This document shows, piece after piece, positions 26,880 to 37,389 of a DNA stretch of 64,000 bases. Source of the DNA: an uncultured delta proteobacterium (GTDB lineage Bacteria; Desulfobacterota; RBG-13-43-22); NCBI GenBank assembly GCA_963843145.1, contig CAWJJC010000022.1:192001-256000 (forward strand), written 5' to 3'. The position numbers were made by a program, and so were the translations under genes. Below the pieces are notes generated by a model. It was given only the letters and a program-made list of their open reading frames with translations, did no database searches and had not been told where the DNA came from. How positions within the stretch are numbered: position 1 is the stretch's first letter; every line of letters starts with the position of its first letter.

Positions 26880-27950
26880 ATGTTTGCCGTCATAATGGCC
26901 GGTGGTCGGGGGACCCGTTTCTGGCCCCGGAGCCGCAAGCGCCGTCCTAAACAACTATTGAATATCATAGGGGAAAAAACGATCCTGGAACAGACCGTGG
27001 ACCGCATACGGCCCCTTTGCGACTGGGATCGGATTCTGATCGTTACCGAAGAGGAACAGGCCCCCCTGATCCGGGAGCTCTTGCCCCAACTCCCCGCCGA
27101 TCAGTTACTGGTTGAACCTCTCGGCAGGAACACGGCGCCCTGCATCGGTCTGGCGGCGCTTTTTGTGGCCGAACGGTATCCGGAAGAGGCCATGGTCATC
27201 CTTCCGGCAGACCATCATATCGCGGATATTGATGATTTTCAAATCACCCTGAGCGCCGCCGTGCAGGCGGCTCAAGAGGGCGACGTGCTGATTACCCTGG
27301 GCATCCCCCCTACCTTCCCGGAAACGGGCTACGGTTATATTGAACAAGGGGGGCCGATGAAGTCCGGAGGCCCTCGCGGCGTCTGGGAGGTTAAGGCCTT
27401 TCATGAAAAACCGGATCGAAAAAAGGCCGAAACCATGCTGGCAGCCGGCCGTTTTTACTGGAACAGCGGGATGTTTATCTGGACCGCGGCCACGATCCTG
27501 AAGCAGTTCGCACGCTGGACCCCGGCGCTTTACCAGGAACTGTTAGGGCTTATGAATCAATCGGGATACCCAGGATGGGAAAAGGCCTTGCGGGAGGCCT
27601 ATGAACGGATGGAAGACATCTCCATTGACTACGCCGTCATGGAGAAGGCGGACAACGTGCGCATGCTCGAGGGCCGTTTCGGTTGGAACGACGTGGGCAG
27701 TTGGGAAGCGGTCTATCAATTATCTGAAAAGGACGGCCAGGGAAATGTTTTCCAGGGGTCGGTAGTCGACTTGGACAGCCGGGGTTGTTTGGTGTACAGC
27801 CCCCAAAAAACCGTGGCCCTTCTAGGCGTTCAAGACCTGGTGGTGGTGGAAACCCCGGAGGCCCTCCTGATTTGTCCGCGGGAGCGTTCCCAAGAAGTAA
27901 AAAAAATCGTCGAACGGCTGATCCGAGAAGGGCGGGAAGACCTGTTGTAG
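26880..27950 (+). CDS. manC: Mannose-1-phosphate guanylyltransferase
   Basis: MAGGRGTRFWPRSR..PKQ, EPLGRNTAP, PETGYGYI, WNSGMF, SIDYAVMEK, WNDVGSW. Confidence 0.93.
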   Translation: MFAVIMAGGRGTRFWPRSRKRRPKQLLNIIGEKTILEQTVDRIRPLCDWDRILIVTEEEQAPLIRELLPQLPADQLLVEPLGRNTAPCIGLAALFVAERYPEEAMVILPADHHIADIDDFQITLSAAVQAAQEGDVLITLGIPPTFPETGYGYIEQGGPMKSGGPRGVWEVKAFHEKPDRKKAETMLAAGRFYWNSGMFIWTAATILKQFARWTPALYQELLGLMNQSGYPGWEKALREAYERMEDISIDYAVMEKADNVRMLEGRFGWNDVGSWEAVYQLSEKDGQGNVFQGSVVDLDSRGCLVYSPQKTVALLGVQDLVVVETPEALLICPRERSQEVKKIVERLIREGREDLL

Positions 27951-27968
27951 TAATGAGCGGAGGATGGA

Positions 27969-29336
27969 ATGGAACCCCATATATTTAGAGAATATGATAT
28001 CCGGGCCCTGGTCGATCGGGAAATAACCCTTGACGAAGTGTCCCTCTTAGGCCGGGCTATCGGCACTTATCTGGGCCGGGAGGGGAAAAAAAAGATCACC
28101 CTGGGCCGCGACGGCCGTCTGAGTTCCGGGGCCTTTCGGGACCATCTGCTGGAAGGACTGCTGTCCACCGGTTGCCAGGTCCTGGATATCGGGGTCTGTC
28201 CGACGCCGCTCTTGTATTTTTCCATTCGCTCCCTGGAAGCCGAGGGCGGGGTTATGATCACCGCCAGCCACAATCCACCGGAATACAATGGATTTAAAAT
28301 CTGTAATGGACCGGATACCATCTTCGGGCAAGAAATCCAGAGGCTGCTGGGTATTGCTGAAAAGGGCGATTTCCTTGCCGGCCACGGCCAGTTGGAATAC
28401 CGGGATGTCCTTCCGGCTTATCACCAGTTCATCCTTTCCGATATCCGCCTGTCCAAGCCCTTACGGGTGGGGGTGGACGGGGGAAACGGGACCGGCGGCT
28501 GGCTGGCCTTGCCGCTTCTGAAAAAATTGGGTTGCCAGGTCTTTGACCTGTATTGCGACATCGACGGCACCTTCCCTCATCATGAGCCCGATCCCACGGT
28601 GCCCCGGAATTTGGCCGATTTGATCGACCTGGTGCGTCGGGAAAAACTGGACGTGGGCCTGGCTTACGATGGGGACGGGGATCGCCTGGGGGTCGTCGAC
28701 CATCAGGGAACGATTATCTGGGGAGATCAACTCCTGATCCTGTTCGCCCGGGAGATCCTGAAAACCCGTCCCGGGGCTACCTTCCTCGGGGAGGTTAAAT
28801 GCTCCCAAAATTTGTACGAAGACATCCCCCGCCACGGGGGCCAGGTCCTGATGTGGAAGACCGGGCACTCCCTGATTAAACAGAAAATGAAGGAAGTTCA
28901 GGCCGTGCTGGCGGGTGAAATGAGCGGGCATATTTTTTTCGCGGATCGCTACTTTGGCTTCGATGACGCCATCTATGCCTCGTTGCGGCTTTTGGAAATA
29001 TTGGCCCGATCCGGCCAATCCATATCCGAACTCTTGGCAGGCCTCCCCCAAACCTACGCCACTCCGGAAATTCGAGTGGAGACCCGAGAAGAGCTTAAAT
29101 TTAGCCTGGTGGAGGCCATGAAAAATGAATTGGCCGGTCGTTTTCCGATCATCGAGGTGGACGGGGTCCGGGTACTCTTTGAGGACGGCTGGGGACTCAT
29201 TAGAGCCTCAAATACCCAGCCGGTACTGGTTTTGCGTTTTGAGGCCCGCTCGCCCACCCGTCTAAAGGAAATACAACAACTTATAGAAGGGCTGTTGACC
29301 CAGGTCCGATCCCGGGAAGAAAGCCTTGGGCGGTGA
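27969..29336 (+). CDS. Phosphomannomutase/phosphoglucomutase
   Basis: IFREYDIR, TASHNP, DGDGDR, GEMSGH, RASNTQP. Confidence 0.95.
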   Translation: MEPHIFREYDIRALVDREITLDEVSLLGRAIGTYLGREGKKKITLGRDGRLSSGAFRDHLLEGLLSTGCQVLDIGVCPTPLLYFSIRSLEAEGGVMITASHNPPEYNGFKICNGPDTIFGQEIQRLLGIAEKGDFLAGHGQLEYRDVLPAYHQFILSDIRLSKPLRVGVDGGNGTGGWLALPLLKKLGCQVFDLYCDIDGTFPHHEPDPTVPRNLADLIDLVRREKLDVGLAYDGDGDRLGVVDHQGTIIWGDQLLILFAREILKTRPGATFLGEVKCSQNLYEDIPRHGGQVLMWKTGHSLIKQKMKEVQAVLAGEMSGHIFFADRYFGFDDAIYASLRLLEILARSGQSISELLAGLPQTYATPEIRVETREELKFSLVEAMKNELAGRFPIIEVDGVRVLFEDGWGLIRASNTQPVLVLRFEARSPTRLKEIQQLIEGLLTQVRSREESLGR

Positions 29337-29917
29337 TCCACTCGAAAAGTCATCCATCCAAAAGGGCGAGCAACCTATTTTTTATTTTTCCCTCCATTCT
29401 TTGACCCACCGGAAGGCCGATAAATCACAGCACAAATTCAACCCGCTGCTTCAGGTTCCTCCGGGGACCGCTATTCATCGAAAAAAGGACCTTCCTAATC
29501 CGTCATAACCCCTCGCCTTCCCGGTTTTCTTTATCGAGGGAAGAGGGAAAGGGAGATTTTAGACGGGGAGGGCCGGGAGGCTTTAAAAAAGGAAGAAAAG
29601 AAAAGGAAAACAGAGTTTAAATAATAGGCCCATCGAGGCCTTCAAGCCAGCCAGGAGGCTTAACCCTGAAAACTACTTAGGATTTATTGAATCCAAATAT
29701 AAAATGAATTTCTAACCAGTTAGACCTCTTGAAACCTTGAAGGACCGCTTTCAGGGCTACTTCAGCCTCCTCAACGCTTCAGCCTTGGCTAACTTAAAAA
29801 TCGCCCTTTCCCCCTTTGACAGGGCCTTTCGAATCTATTACAACCGTCCTTAATCCAACCGTAAAAAACAACGCACGCATCCTAAACCAAAACGCAATCT
29901 AAGGGCTTAAAACCTGC

Positions 29918-31260
29918 ATGGAATCGATCTGGATCCAAGTCAAAGGGGAGCTTCAGGCGCAACTCCCCGAAAATCTTTTTCGGATGTGGATCGACCCGCT
30001 GGACACGGCCCAAGTCACCGAACAAGAAATCATTTTACAGTGCCCCAATCTTTTTTTCCTCAACTGGATCAAAGAAAAATATCTACCTATAATCTCTGAA
30101 ACCCTAACCCGCCTACACCACCACCCTCCCCAATTGACGTTACAGTTGTCCAAGCAGCGCTCTTTTCCGGCGGAGGTCCCTCAAACCCATCAGTATATAT
30201 TGCCCGGCCTGGATCGGAAAGAGCCCCGGCGTTTTCAAAACGGTTTTACCTTTGACCAGTTTGTCACCGGTCCGAGCAATCGTTTTGCCTACCTGGCCAC
30301 CCTGGCGCTGGCCTCCGAGCAAAATATTTACAACAATGCCCTCTACCTTTACTCGGCCAATGGTCTGGGAAAAACCCACCTTTCACAAGCCGTAGGCCGC
30401 CATCTGCTAACCCATAAACCACAGGCCAAGGTCCTTTATCTGTCGGCCGAGGAATTTACTCAGGAAATGGTGGTGTCCCTAAAGTCGAACCGGATGGAGA
30501 ATTTTAAAGAGAAATACCGGAAAAATTGCGATTTTCTTCTTTTGGAGGAGATTCACTTTTTAAGCGGGAAGGAAACCACCCAGGCCGAATTGGGCTACAC
30601 CCTGGATACCTTGCTGAACGATAATAAAAAGATCATCTTCACCAGTTCTTTTTTGCCGAAAGACCTCTCCCGAATCGGGGGGAAATTGAAATCCCAGTTC
30701 AGCGCTGCCCTCTTGGGAGGAATTGAACCCCCGATTTTGAGACTCGCTTGGAAATTGTGGAAAAAAAATCCGCTCTTTTGGGGTTGAGTCTGGAACCGCA
30801 GGTTAAAGAATACCTGGCCGATCAACCCCTGACCGACATCCGGCAGTTGGAAAACTGTTTGACCAGTATGAAGGCTCAGGTGATGCTGTTAAATCAACCG
30901 CTGGACCTTGAACTGGCCGAATGTCTAGTCCAACAACACCTCCCCGCCCATCGGGAAATTACCATTTCGGATATCAAGAACCTGGTGGGCCGCTATTTTA
31001 AGATTACTCCGGAGGAGATGATTTCCAAGTCCCGGAAACGGACGCACCTTTATCCCCGGAATCTGTCTATCTATCTGAGCAAAAGGTTTACCAGTCAGAC
31101 CTGTGAGGCCATCGGGCAGTCCTTTAACCGCGATTATTCTTCGATTATCCATGCCGTGAATGCCGTGGAAAAAAGTTTAAAAAAAAATAACGAGGTCTCA
31201 CGACAGGTCAACTATTTAACGGCCAAACTGGAAGAGTTCAGCCAGGGTCGGGCTGCCTGA
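29918..31260 (+). pseudogene. dnaA: DnaA-family protein (non-origin paralogue) split by one missing base at about 30730
   Basis: FTFDQFVTGPSNRFA, GLGKTHL, LSAEEF, LEEIHFL in the first ORF; domain IV in the second; adding one C to C5 at 30728-30732 gives GIEPPDFETRLEI and a 447-aa ORF. Confidence 0.8.
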
Positions 31261-31264
31261 ACGC

Positions 31265-32521
31265 ATGGCCCCCTATCCGCACTCCCCCTTTTGGCCAAAA
31301 ATTCAGCGCCGATTGCGGGGCTATAGAGACGAAGCAGTCCAACTGCTTCGGGAGCTGACGGCTATTCCCGCCCTGGGGCCCGAGAATGGGGGCGAGGGGG
31401 AGCAGGCCAAGGCCCTTTTTCTCAAAAATAGATTAAAGGCCCTGAACCCTCAGCGGATGATCTCTCTTTCTTGTCCGGATCAGCGGGTCCCTTCAAAAAT
31501 TCGGCCGAATATCCTGGCCCTCTTTGCGGGCCGAGACCCGGGTCGAACGGTCTGGATTTTGAGCCACCTGGATACCGTTCCTCCGGGAGACCGCCGTTTT
31601 TGGAAAAGTGATCCCTACAGGCTTCAACAGAAGGGAGACCGGCTCATCGGTCGGGGCGTGGAGGATAATCATCACGGAATCGTATCTTCCCTTTTTGCCG
31701 TTAAGGCCTTTCAGGAGGAAGGGGTCCTTCCGGCCTATAGGATCGGGGTGGTTTTGGTTTCCGATGAAGAAACCGGCAGTCGGAGAGGACTACAATATGT
31801 CCTTAAGAAACAAGGGAACCTTTTTAAACCGGAGGACCTGATCATCGTTCCGGATGCCGGCAACCCGGAGGGTACCCTAATCGAGGTGGCCGAAAAGAGT
31901 CTTTTATGGCTTAAGTTTTCTCTTTTCGGTACCTCCTGCCATGCCAGCCGTCCGGATCTGGGGGTGAATACCCTGCGAGCCAGCGCTCAATTAATCCTGA
32001 CCCTGGAACAACTGCCGCGTTGGTTTAAACAGCGGGATAGGGCCTTTGAACCACCCATCAGCACCTTCGAACCGACCAAGAAAGAAGCCAATGTCTCGAA
32101 TGTCAATACCATCCCCGGAGAGGATGTTTTCTACCTGGACTGCCGGATTCTCCCCGCCTATTCCCTAAAAAAGGTCCTGGAACGCGTTCAGGTTATGGTC
32201 TCTGCCGTTTCCCGCAAAACAGGTGCCCGGATTGTCTGCGAGGTGGTCAATGCCGTTCAGGCCCCGCCGCCGACCTCGCAACAGGCTCCGGTCGTCCGGG
32301 CCCTCCAGGAAGCTGTCCGGGCGGTTTACCGGAAAGAGGCCTGCGCCCGGGGTATTGGAGGGGCCACCGTGGCCGCTTTCTTCCGGGCCCGTGGGCTGCC
32401 GGCGGCGGTCTGGATGACCACCCTGGAAACGGCTCATCAGCCGAATGAAACGGCCCGTTTGTCCCGGATGATCGGCGACGCCCAGGTTCTAGCCCATATT
32501 TTTTGCCACTTCAAAGAATAG
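31265..32521 (+). CDS. M20 family metallohydrolase (ArgE/DapE-like)
   Basis: SHLDTVP, GRGVED, SDEETGS, CHASRP, AHQPNE. Confidence 0.9.
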   Translation: MAPYPHSPFWPKIQRRLRGYRDEAVQLLRELTAIPALGPENGGEGEQAKALFLKNRLKALNPQRMISLSCPDQRVPSKIRPNILALFAGRDPGRTVWILSHLDTVPPGDRRFWKSDPYRLQQKGDRLIGRGVEDNHHGIVSSLFAVKAFQEEGVLPAYRIGVVLVSDEETGSRRGLQYVLKKQGNLFKPEDLIIVPDAGNPEGTLIEVAEKSLLWLKFSLFGTSCHASRPDLGVNTLRASAQLILTLEQLPRWFKQRDRAFEPPISTFEPTKKEANVSNVNTIPGEDVFYLDCRILPAYSLKKVLERVQVMVSAVSRKTGARIVCEVVNAVQAPPPTSQQAPVVRALQEAVRAVYRKEACARGIGGATVAAFFRARGLPAAVWMTTLETAHQPNETARLSRMIGDAQVLAHIFCHFKE

Positions 32522-32602
32522 TCTAAAATTAATTAGATTGACAAATCTCCTGTTCTTATAATAATTATATACATTTTTGCATATTCACGGGAGACGGAAA
32601 AA

Positions 32603-33220
32603 TTGAGCGGGATCTATAAAGGGAAAAAAACCAAAGAAGAACCCCTGGAATTCAACAACGCCTGGTTAGTTCCCAAAAAGATATTTTTCACCAAGGGGAT
32701 CGGGCGGCATAAGGCCAAGCTTCAGTCCTTTGAATTGGCCCTGCGGGATGCCGGGATTGAAAAATGCAATCTGGTTTATGTTTCTTCGATTTTCCCCCCT
32801 AATTGTAAAATCATCCCTTTTGAAGAAGGGATTCTGGAGCTGCTGCCCGGACAAATCACCTTTTGCGTGCTGGCCAAAATCAGTTCCAATGAACCGGAGC
32901 GATTGATGGGGGCCTCTATCGGATTGGCCGTCCCGGCCGATGAATATCATTACGGGTATTTGTCGGAGCACGCCGCTTTCGGAGAGAACGAAAAAGAAAT
33001 GGGGGATTTCGCCGAAGACCTGGCTTCCACCATGCTGGCTACCACGTTGGGCATCGACTTTGACCCCCAAAAAGATTACGACGAACGGCGGGAAATTTAC
33101 CGCATGAGCGGAAAAATCGTGGACACCTTTTCCCATACCTGTGTCGCCCGCGGCAATGGCCTGTGGACTACGGTGGTAGTGGCGGCGGTCTTTCTCCTCG
33201 GAGCGCCCGGCGACCAATAA
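32603..33220 (+). CDS. pdaD: Pyruvoyl-dependent arginine decarboxylase
   Basis: [22 protein letters not shown] (Ser-Ser cleavage site), YGYLSEH. Confidence 0.9.
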   Translation: MSGIYKGKKTKEEPLEFNNAWLVPKKIFFTKGIGRHKAKLQSFELALRDAGIEKCNLVYVSSIFPPNCKIIPFEEGILELLPGQITFCVLAKISSNEPERLMGASIGLAVPADEYHYGYLSEHAAFGENEKEMGDFAEDLASTMLATTLGIDFDPQKDYDERREIYRMSGKIVDTFSHTCVARGNGLWTTVVVAAVFLLGAPGDQ

Positions 33221-33264
33221 GATCTCGAAACAGCGCTGCTTTTCCTAACGGACGAGTTAATCCC

Positions 33265-34149
33265 TTGCGGTCACTCAATTTCCTCGGCTTAGACGAAACC
33301 GGCCAAGATCCGGCCTCGGCCGACGTCCTTATTCAGCCCATCCCCTATGATGCCACCACCAGCTTTCAGCCCGGGACCCGCTTTGGTCCGGAGGCCGTCC
33401 TCCAAGCCAGTCAGCAAGTGGAGTTATGGGATGAGGAATTATCCTGGGAACCTTTCAGTCGGTACACCTGTCTGACCTTGAGCGACATCCCGGTAAATCA
33501 TGGGGGGCCGGAGCGCATGGTTCGGGATATACGGGAAAGGATTGAACCCTACCATAAAATTCGGAAGTTGGTCGTAGCCCTGGGCGGTGAACACTCCATC
33601 AGCTTTCCGATCGTCCAATCCTTACAGGAAATGTATCCCGGCCTGGCAGTCTGCTTCCTGGACGCCCATGGGGATTTACGGGAAGAATGGGAAGGTTCCA
33701 GATTCTCCCACGCCTGTGTGCTGCGTCGGATAGCCGAGTTAGACCTCCCGATTTTTCATTTGGGACTGCGCAGCTTTTCACGGGAGGAAGCGGATTTTAT
33801 CCGGGATAATCCCCGGATCCGGACCTATTCCAGCCGGGAAATCCTTCTGGAAGACGGCCTAAGCCGGCTAGCCCGGGACTTGGTCGATAGTGGGGCGAAA
33901 AATATTTACCTGTCTCTGGACGTGGACGTCATTGATCCCGGTCTGCTTCCCGGGACCGGTACTCCTGAACCAGGCGGTTTATCTTGGTATTTCCTGTTGG
34001 AGGCGATCCAGATCATTAACCGACAGGGAACGATTCGGGGCCTGGATCTGACCGAATTGATGCCCATCTCCGGTTCGAAGCAGTCCGAATTCATTGCGGC
34101 CAAGCTGATTTTTAAAATCCTATCGGCCCTGTTGTATAAAAAAGGCTAG
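33265..34149 (+). CDS. speB: Agmatinase (start uncertain)
   Basis: PYDATTS..PGTRFGP, GGEHS, DAHGD, SHAC, SLDVDVIDP..PGTGTPEPGG. Confidence 0.92.
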   Translation: MRSLNFLGLDETGQDPASADVLIQPIPYDATTSFQPGTRFGPEAVLQASQQVELWDEELSWEPFSRYTCLTLSDIPVNHGGPERMVRDIRERIEPYHKIRKLVVALGGEHSISFPIVQSLQEMYPGLAVCFLDAHGDLREEWEGSRFSHACVLRRIAELDLPIFHLGLRSFSREEADFIRDNPRIRTYSSREILLEDGLSRLARDLVDSGAKNIYLSLDVDVIDPGLLPGTGTPEPGGLSWYFLLEAIQIINRQGTIRGLDLTELMPISGSKQSEFIAAKLIFKILSALLYKKG

Positions 34150-34262
34150 CCGAAAAAATTTGCCTTATTGGCAATAGTTTGAATTTCAAATTTAAAGATT
34201 AGGCGGGTTCCAAGAGTAGAAACCAATTCTAAGACCGGATAAAGAGAGAATCTAATTTATTT

Positions 34263-35372
34263 ATGGACGAGACTAATAAATTCAGTTGGCGGGAGTTTCA
34301 TGACGGATCCCAGGATGGCCTGACCCCCTTAAGAAGCCTGGATCTGAAGCAAGTGGACGACTTCTCGTCTTTGCTGGAAGGAATGGCCCAAACGGCCTTC
34401 AGCGGCCGTTCCCTGGGAGAAGCCCAAGAGATTCTCCTGGATATGGTTCAGGACCCAGATTGCTTGGTGGTAGGGACCTTTTCGGGGGCCATGTCGGTGG
34501 CCAAGATGGGGCTCTTGCTCTGCGACATGATCGATTGGGGCTGGCTGGACATCATTATCTCCACCGGGGCCCTCATGGCCCACGGGTTGGTGGAATCCAT
34601 CGGGCTGGTACATTATAAAAATCCTCCTCACCAGACCGACAGCCGTCTCTATGCCTTGGGGTATAACCGAATTTATGATACCCTGGAAATGGAAAAAAAT
34701 TTAAACGATGTGGAAAACATTATCTCTCAGGTACTGGACCGTCTGGACCCCGGGGAACCCTTAGGCTCGGAAATCTTCTGCCGTCAGGTCGGCCGTTATC
34801 TGTCGGGAATAACCGATCAGCCGGGGATCCTGAAAAACGCCTATCAAAAGGGGGTCCCGGTTTTCATCCCGGCTTTTACCGACTCCGAACTCGGCTTGGA
34901 TCTGGCCACCTGGATGGTAAAAAAGACCTTGAGCGATCGGCCTGATCAGGACCTGGTTCAGGGCCTTTCGAAACCCTTTCTCTCCTTCAACCCCTTTCTG
35001 GATCTGGCTAGTTATACCCGGCGCATTCTGGAGGCCAAAAAAGTGGGTATCTTTACTATCGGCGGCGGAGTTCCCCGGAACTGGGCACAACAAGTCGGCC
35101 CTTTTGTGGAGATCCTCCAATACCGTTTAGGCCAAACCTTGCCCCTGAAGCGTTTTTCCCGCGGGATCCGCATCTGCCCGGAACCGGCCCATTGGGGGGG
35201 CTTGAGCGGTTGCACGTACTCGGAAGGAGTTTCCTGGGGTAAGTTCATTCCGCCGGAAGAAGGCGGCCGTTACGCGGAAATCTATTGCGACGCCACGGTG
35301 GCCTGGCCGATCTTAATCGCCGCCGTTCGTCAAAAAATGCAAAAAGAGAAAAAAGGAATCTCGGATGAGTAG
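34263..35372 (+). CDS. Deoxyhypusine synthase-like protein (probable homospermidine synthase)
   Basis: NRIYDT, PAFTDSELG, IGGGVPRNW, GGLSGCTYSEGVSWGK with the catalytic Lys, DATVAWP. Confidence 0.9.
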   Translation: MDETNKFSWREFHDGSQDGLTPLRSLDLKQVDDFSSLLEGMAQTAFSGRSLGEAQEILLDMVQDPDCLVVGTFSGAMSVAKMGLLLCDMIDWGWLDIIISTGALMAHGLVESIGLVHYKNPPHQTDSRLYALGYNRIYDTLEMEKNLNDVENIISQVLDRLDPGEPLGSEIFCRQVGRYLSGITDQPGILKNAYQKGVPVFIPAFTDSELGLDLATWMVKKTLSDRPDQDLVQGLSKPFLSFNPFLDLASYTRRILEAKKVGIFTIGGGVPRNWAQQVGPFVEILQYRLGQTLPLKRFSRGIRICPEPAHWGGLSGCTYSEGVSWGKFIPPEEGGRYAEIYCDATVAWPILIAAVRQKMQKEKKGISDE

Positions 35373-35637
35373 AAAACAGAAACACCTTTTCTTTCTTTTG
35401 AGTTGTCTGGTGCTCTGGTCTTTTCTTATGTCGGCCGTGAATGGGGAAAAGCTGGAACAATTTGAGGGTCGAATAACGCAGATCAATGAAGGGGCAGGAA
35501 CCCTGGTCGTCAATGGTCTAACCCTGGATGCCTCCGATTTTGAGTTGAGTGACCTGGAGGCCGGTTACTGGGTGATGGGCGATTTTATTAGAGAAAAAGG
35601 GAAATTACGTCTAGTGGATATCGAGGTGATTAAGTAA
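35365..35637 (+). CDS. Small secreted beta-rich protein (DUF5666-like)
   Basis: Signal peptide; FEGRITQIN..GTLVVNG; overlaps the upstream stop. Confidence 0.55.
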   Translation: MSRKQKHLFFLLSCLVLWSFLMSAVNGEKLEQFEGRITQINEGAGTLVVNGLTLDASDFELSDLEAGYWVMGDFIREKGKLRLVDIEVIK

Positions 35638-35799
35638 AAAATCTCTTGACATGCCAGATCAAATAGCCTATTATTCCAGTTTAAAATTATTGCAGATTGT
35701 TCTATCTTACTGAAAAAACATGGTTTTATTATTTCCTTGATTTAAAACGTTTTTTTGGAGACGGAAAGAAATTTAATTTAAGAAAAGGAGGTGAAGATA

Positions 35800-36021
35800 A
35801 TGCGCAAACTTATTTCCCTGTTGCTCGTCGTCATGTTGCTGGTAGTTTTTACTTTCGCTATGGGCTGCAAGAAGAAGGAAGAGGCTCCCCCGGCTCCGCC
35901 GGCTGCCACGGAACAAAAAGCTCCTGAAGCCGCTCCGGCTCCTGCTCCGCCGGCTGGAGAGCAAAAAGCCCCTGAGGCCAAAGCCCCCGAAGCTCCTGCA
36001 GCTCCGGCAGAAAAAAAATAG
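35800..36021 (+). CDS. Small Ala/Pro-rich lipoprotein
   Basis: Strong AGGAGG RBS, lipobox AMGC, repeated PAPPA-x(1-2)-EQKAPEA, followed by a terminator. Confidence 0.8.
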   Translation: MRKLISLLLVVMLLVVFTFAMGCKKKEEAPPAPPAATEQKAPEAAPAPAPPAGEQKAPEAKAPEAPAAPAEKK

Positions 36022-36046
36022 CCTCGCTCAAAGCACGTGGTACCCT

Positions 36047-36095
36047 GAGGGGACAATTTTTAGATTGCCATTAAAAATTGTCCCCTCTTTTTTTT
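36047..36095 (+). terminator. Rho-independent terminator
   Basis: 16-bp stem GAGGGGACAATTTTTA/TAAAAATTGTCCCCTC followed by T8. Confidence 0.85.
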
Positions 36096-36101
36096 GGCTC
36101 T

Positions 36102-37190
36102 ATGGATGACCTTTACCGCCAAGTAAACCAAGAGCTCTCCCAGGGTCGGGATATCGTCCTGGCCACCATTATCCGGCAAAAAGGGTCGGCCCCTCGGACT
36201 ACGGGGACCTGTTTTTTGATCCGGTCGGATGGTCAATTCAGCGGTACGATCGGGGGAGGAAAATTAGAGGCCGAGGTGCTCCAGGCGGCCCCTGAGGTTT
36301 TTTCTCGAAGAAAAAATAAGCTGCTTTTTTTCCGCTTGCGGGGGGAGGAGGTGGCGCAAACGGAGATGATCTGCGGCGGTGAGGTAGATGTCTTCCTGGA
36401 ATTGATTTCCGCGCAGAACCCCCATCACCGGCACTTTTTTAACTGCCTCTCCAGTCTGTCGCTTCCTGACCATAAAATCCTATTGGTGACGCGGGTCGAA
36501 GATCAAGGCCGTGCCGACCGGGAGGAGACGAAATTTCTTTTCTATTCCGAAGAGGAGGGGGGGTATTTCCCCAATCCTCCCCCCGCCTGGATCCAACCCC
36601 TCAGGGATCGCCTGTCCACTTTCTTAAATAACGACCCACCGGTCCAAGTCCTGACCGAACCGACGGGAAAAGCTAAACTTTTTCTGGAAACCCGGACTCC
36701 GCCGGCTACCGTGTTTCTCTTCGGTGCCGGGCATGTCTCCAGGCCTCTTTGCCGGCTGGCCAAAATGGCCGGGTTCCGGGTCATAGTCATCGACGATCGA
36801 GAGGAGTTCCCGACGACAGCCCGGTTTCCTGAAGCCGATGAATTGATCGTCCGCTCTTTCGATGCAGACCTGAACGAGCTTTCCCTGGGCCCCAATGCCT
36901 ATATCGTGATCATCACCCGAGGCCATTTGCATGACCATCAAATACTGCGCCAGGTTCTGAAAAAACCTTTGGGCTACCTGGGGATGATCGGCAGTCGCCG
37001 CAAAACAGGAATTATTTTTGAGGCCTTGCGCCGGGAGGGTTTTTCGGAAGAAAAAATTAAAACCATCCATGCCCCTATCGGCCTGGCCATCAACGCCCAG
37101 ACCCCCGAGGAAATCGCCATCTCCATAATCGCCGAAATGATTCAGGTCCGTGGAGAGGGGCAGGTTAAAAAGAAAAACTGGGCGGTTTAG
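36102..37190 (+). CDS. XdhC/CoxI family molybdenum cofactor chaperone
   Basis: GSAPR, GTIGGGKLE, MICGGEV, FGAGHV, ITRGH.HD, YLGMIGSRRK, HAPIGL, TPEEIAISI. Confidence 0.92.
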   Translation: MDDLYRQVNQELSQGRDIVLATIIRQKGSAPRTTGTCFLIRSDGQFSGTIGGGKLEAEVLQAAPEVFSRRKNKLLFFRLRGEEVAQTEMICGGEVDVFLELISAQNPHHRHFFNCLSSLSLPDHKILLVTRVEDQGRADREETKFLFYSEEEGGYFPNPPPAWIQPLRDRLSTFLNNDPPVQVLTEPTGKAKLFLETRTPPATVFLFGAGHVSRPLCRLAKMAGFRVIVIDDREEFPTTARFPEADELIVRSFDADLNELSLGPNAYIVIITRGHLHDHQILRQVLKKPLGYLGMIGSRRKTGIIFEALRREGFSEEKIKTIHAPIGLAINAQTPEEIAISIIAEMIQVRGEGQVKKKNWAV

Positions 37191-37389
37191 GAGTATTCGG
37201 CACTGGCGGGACTTGTTCTATCTATCAAATTTTTCTTGACAATTTTACCGTCTCCTTTTTATTATGAACCTGAACTGCTGGAATAGGTCCTTTGAGGGCC
37301 TCCTCGTTACCTCAGGGGCGGCGGTTGGTTAGAGACTTGCAAGAGACTCTATTTACTATTGAATTTCTAATATTCTATGGCCGGTCCCT

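Noticed and set aside
29337-29917. Possible oriC upstream of dnaA
   Set aside because: No consensus DnaA boxes seen and no dnaN, rpmH or gyrB context
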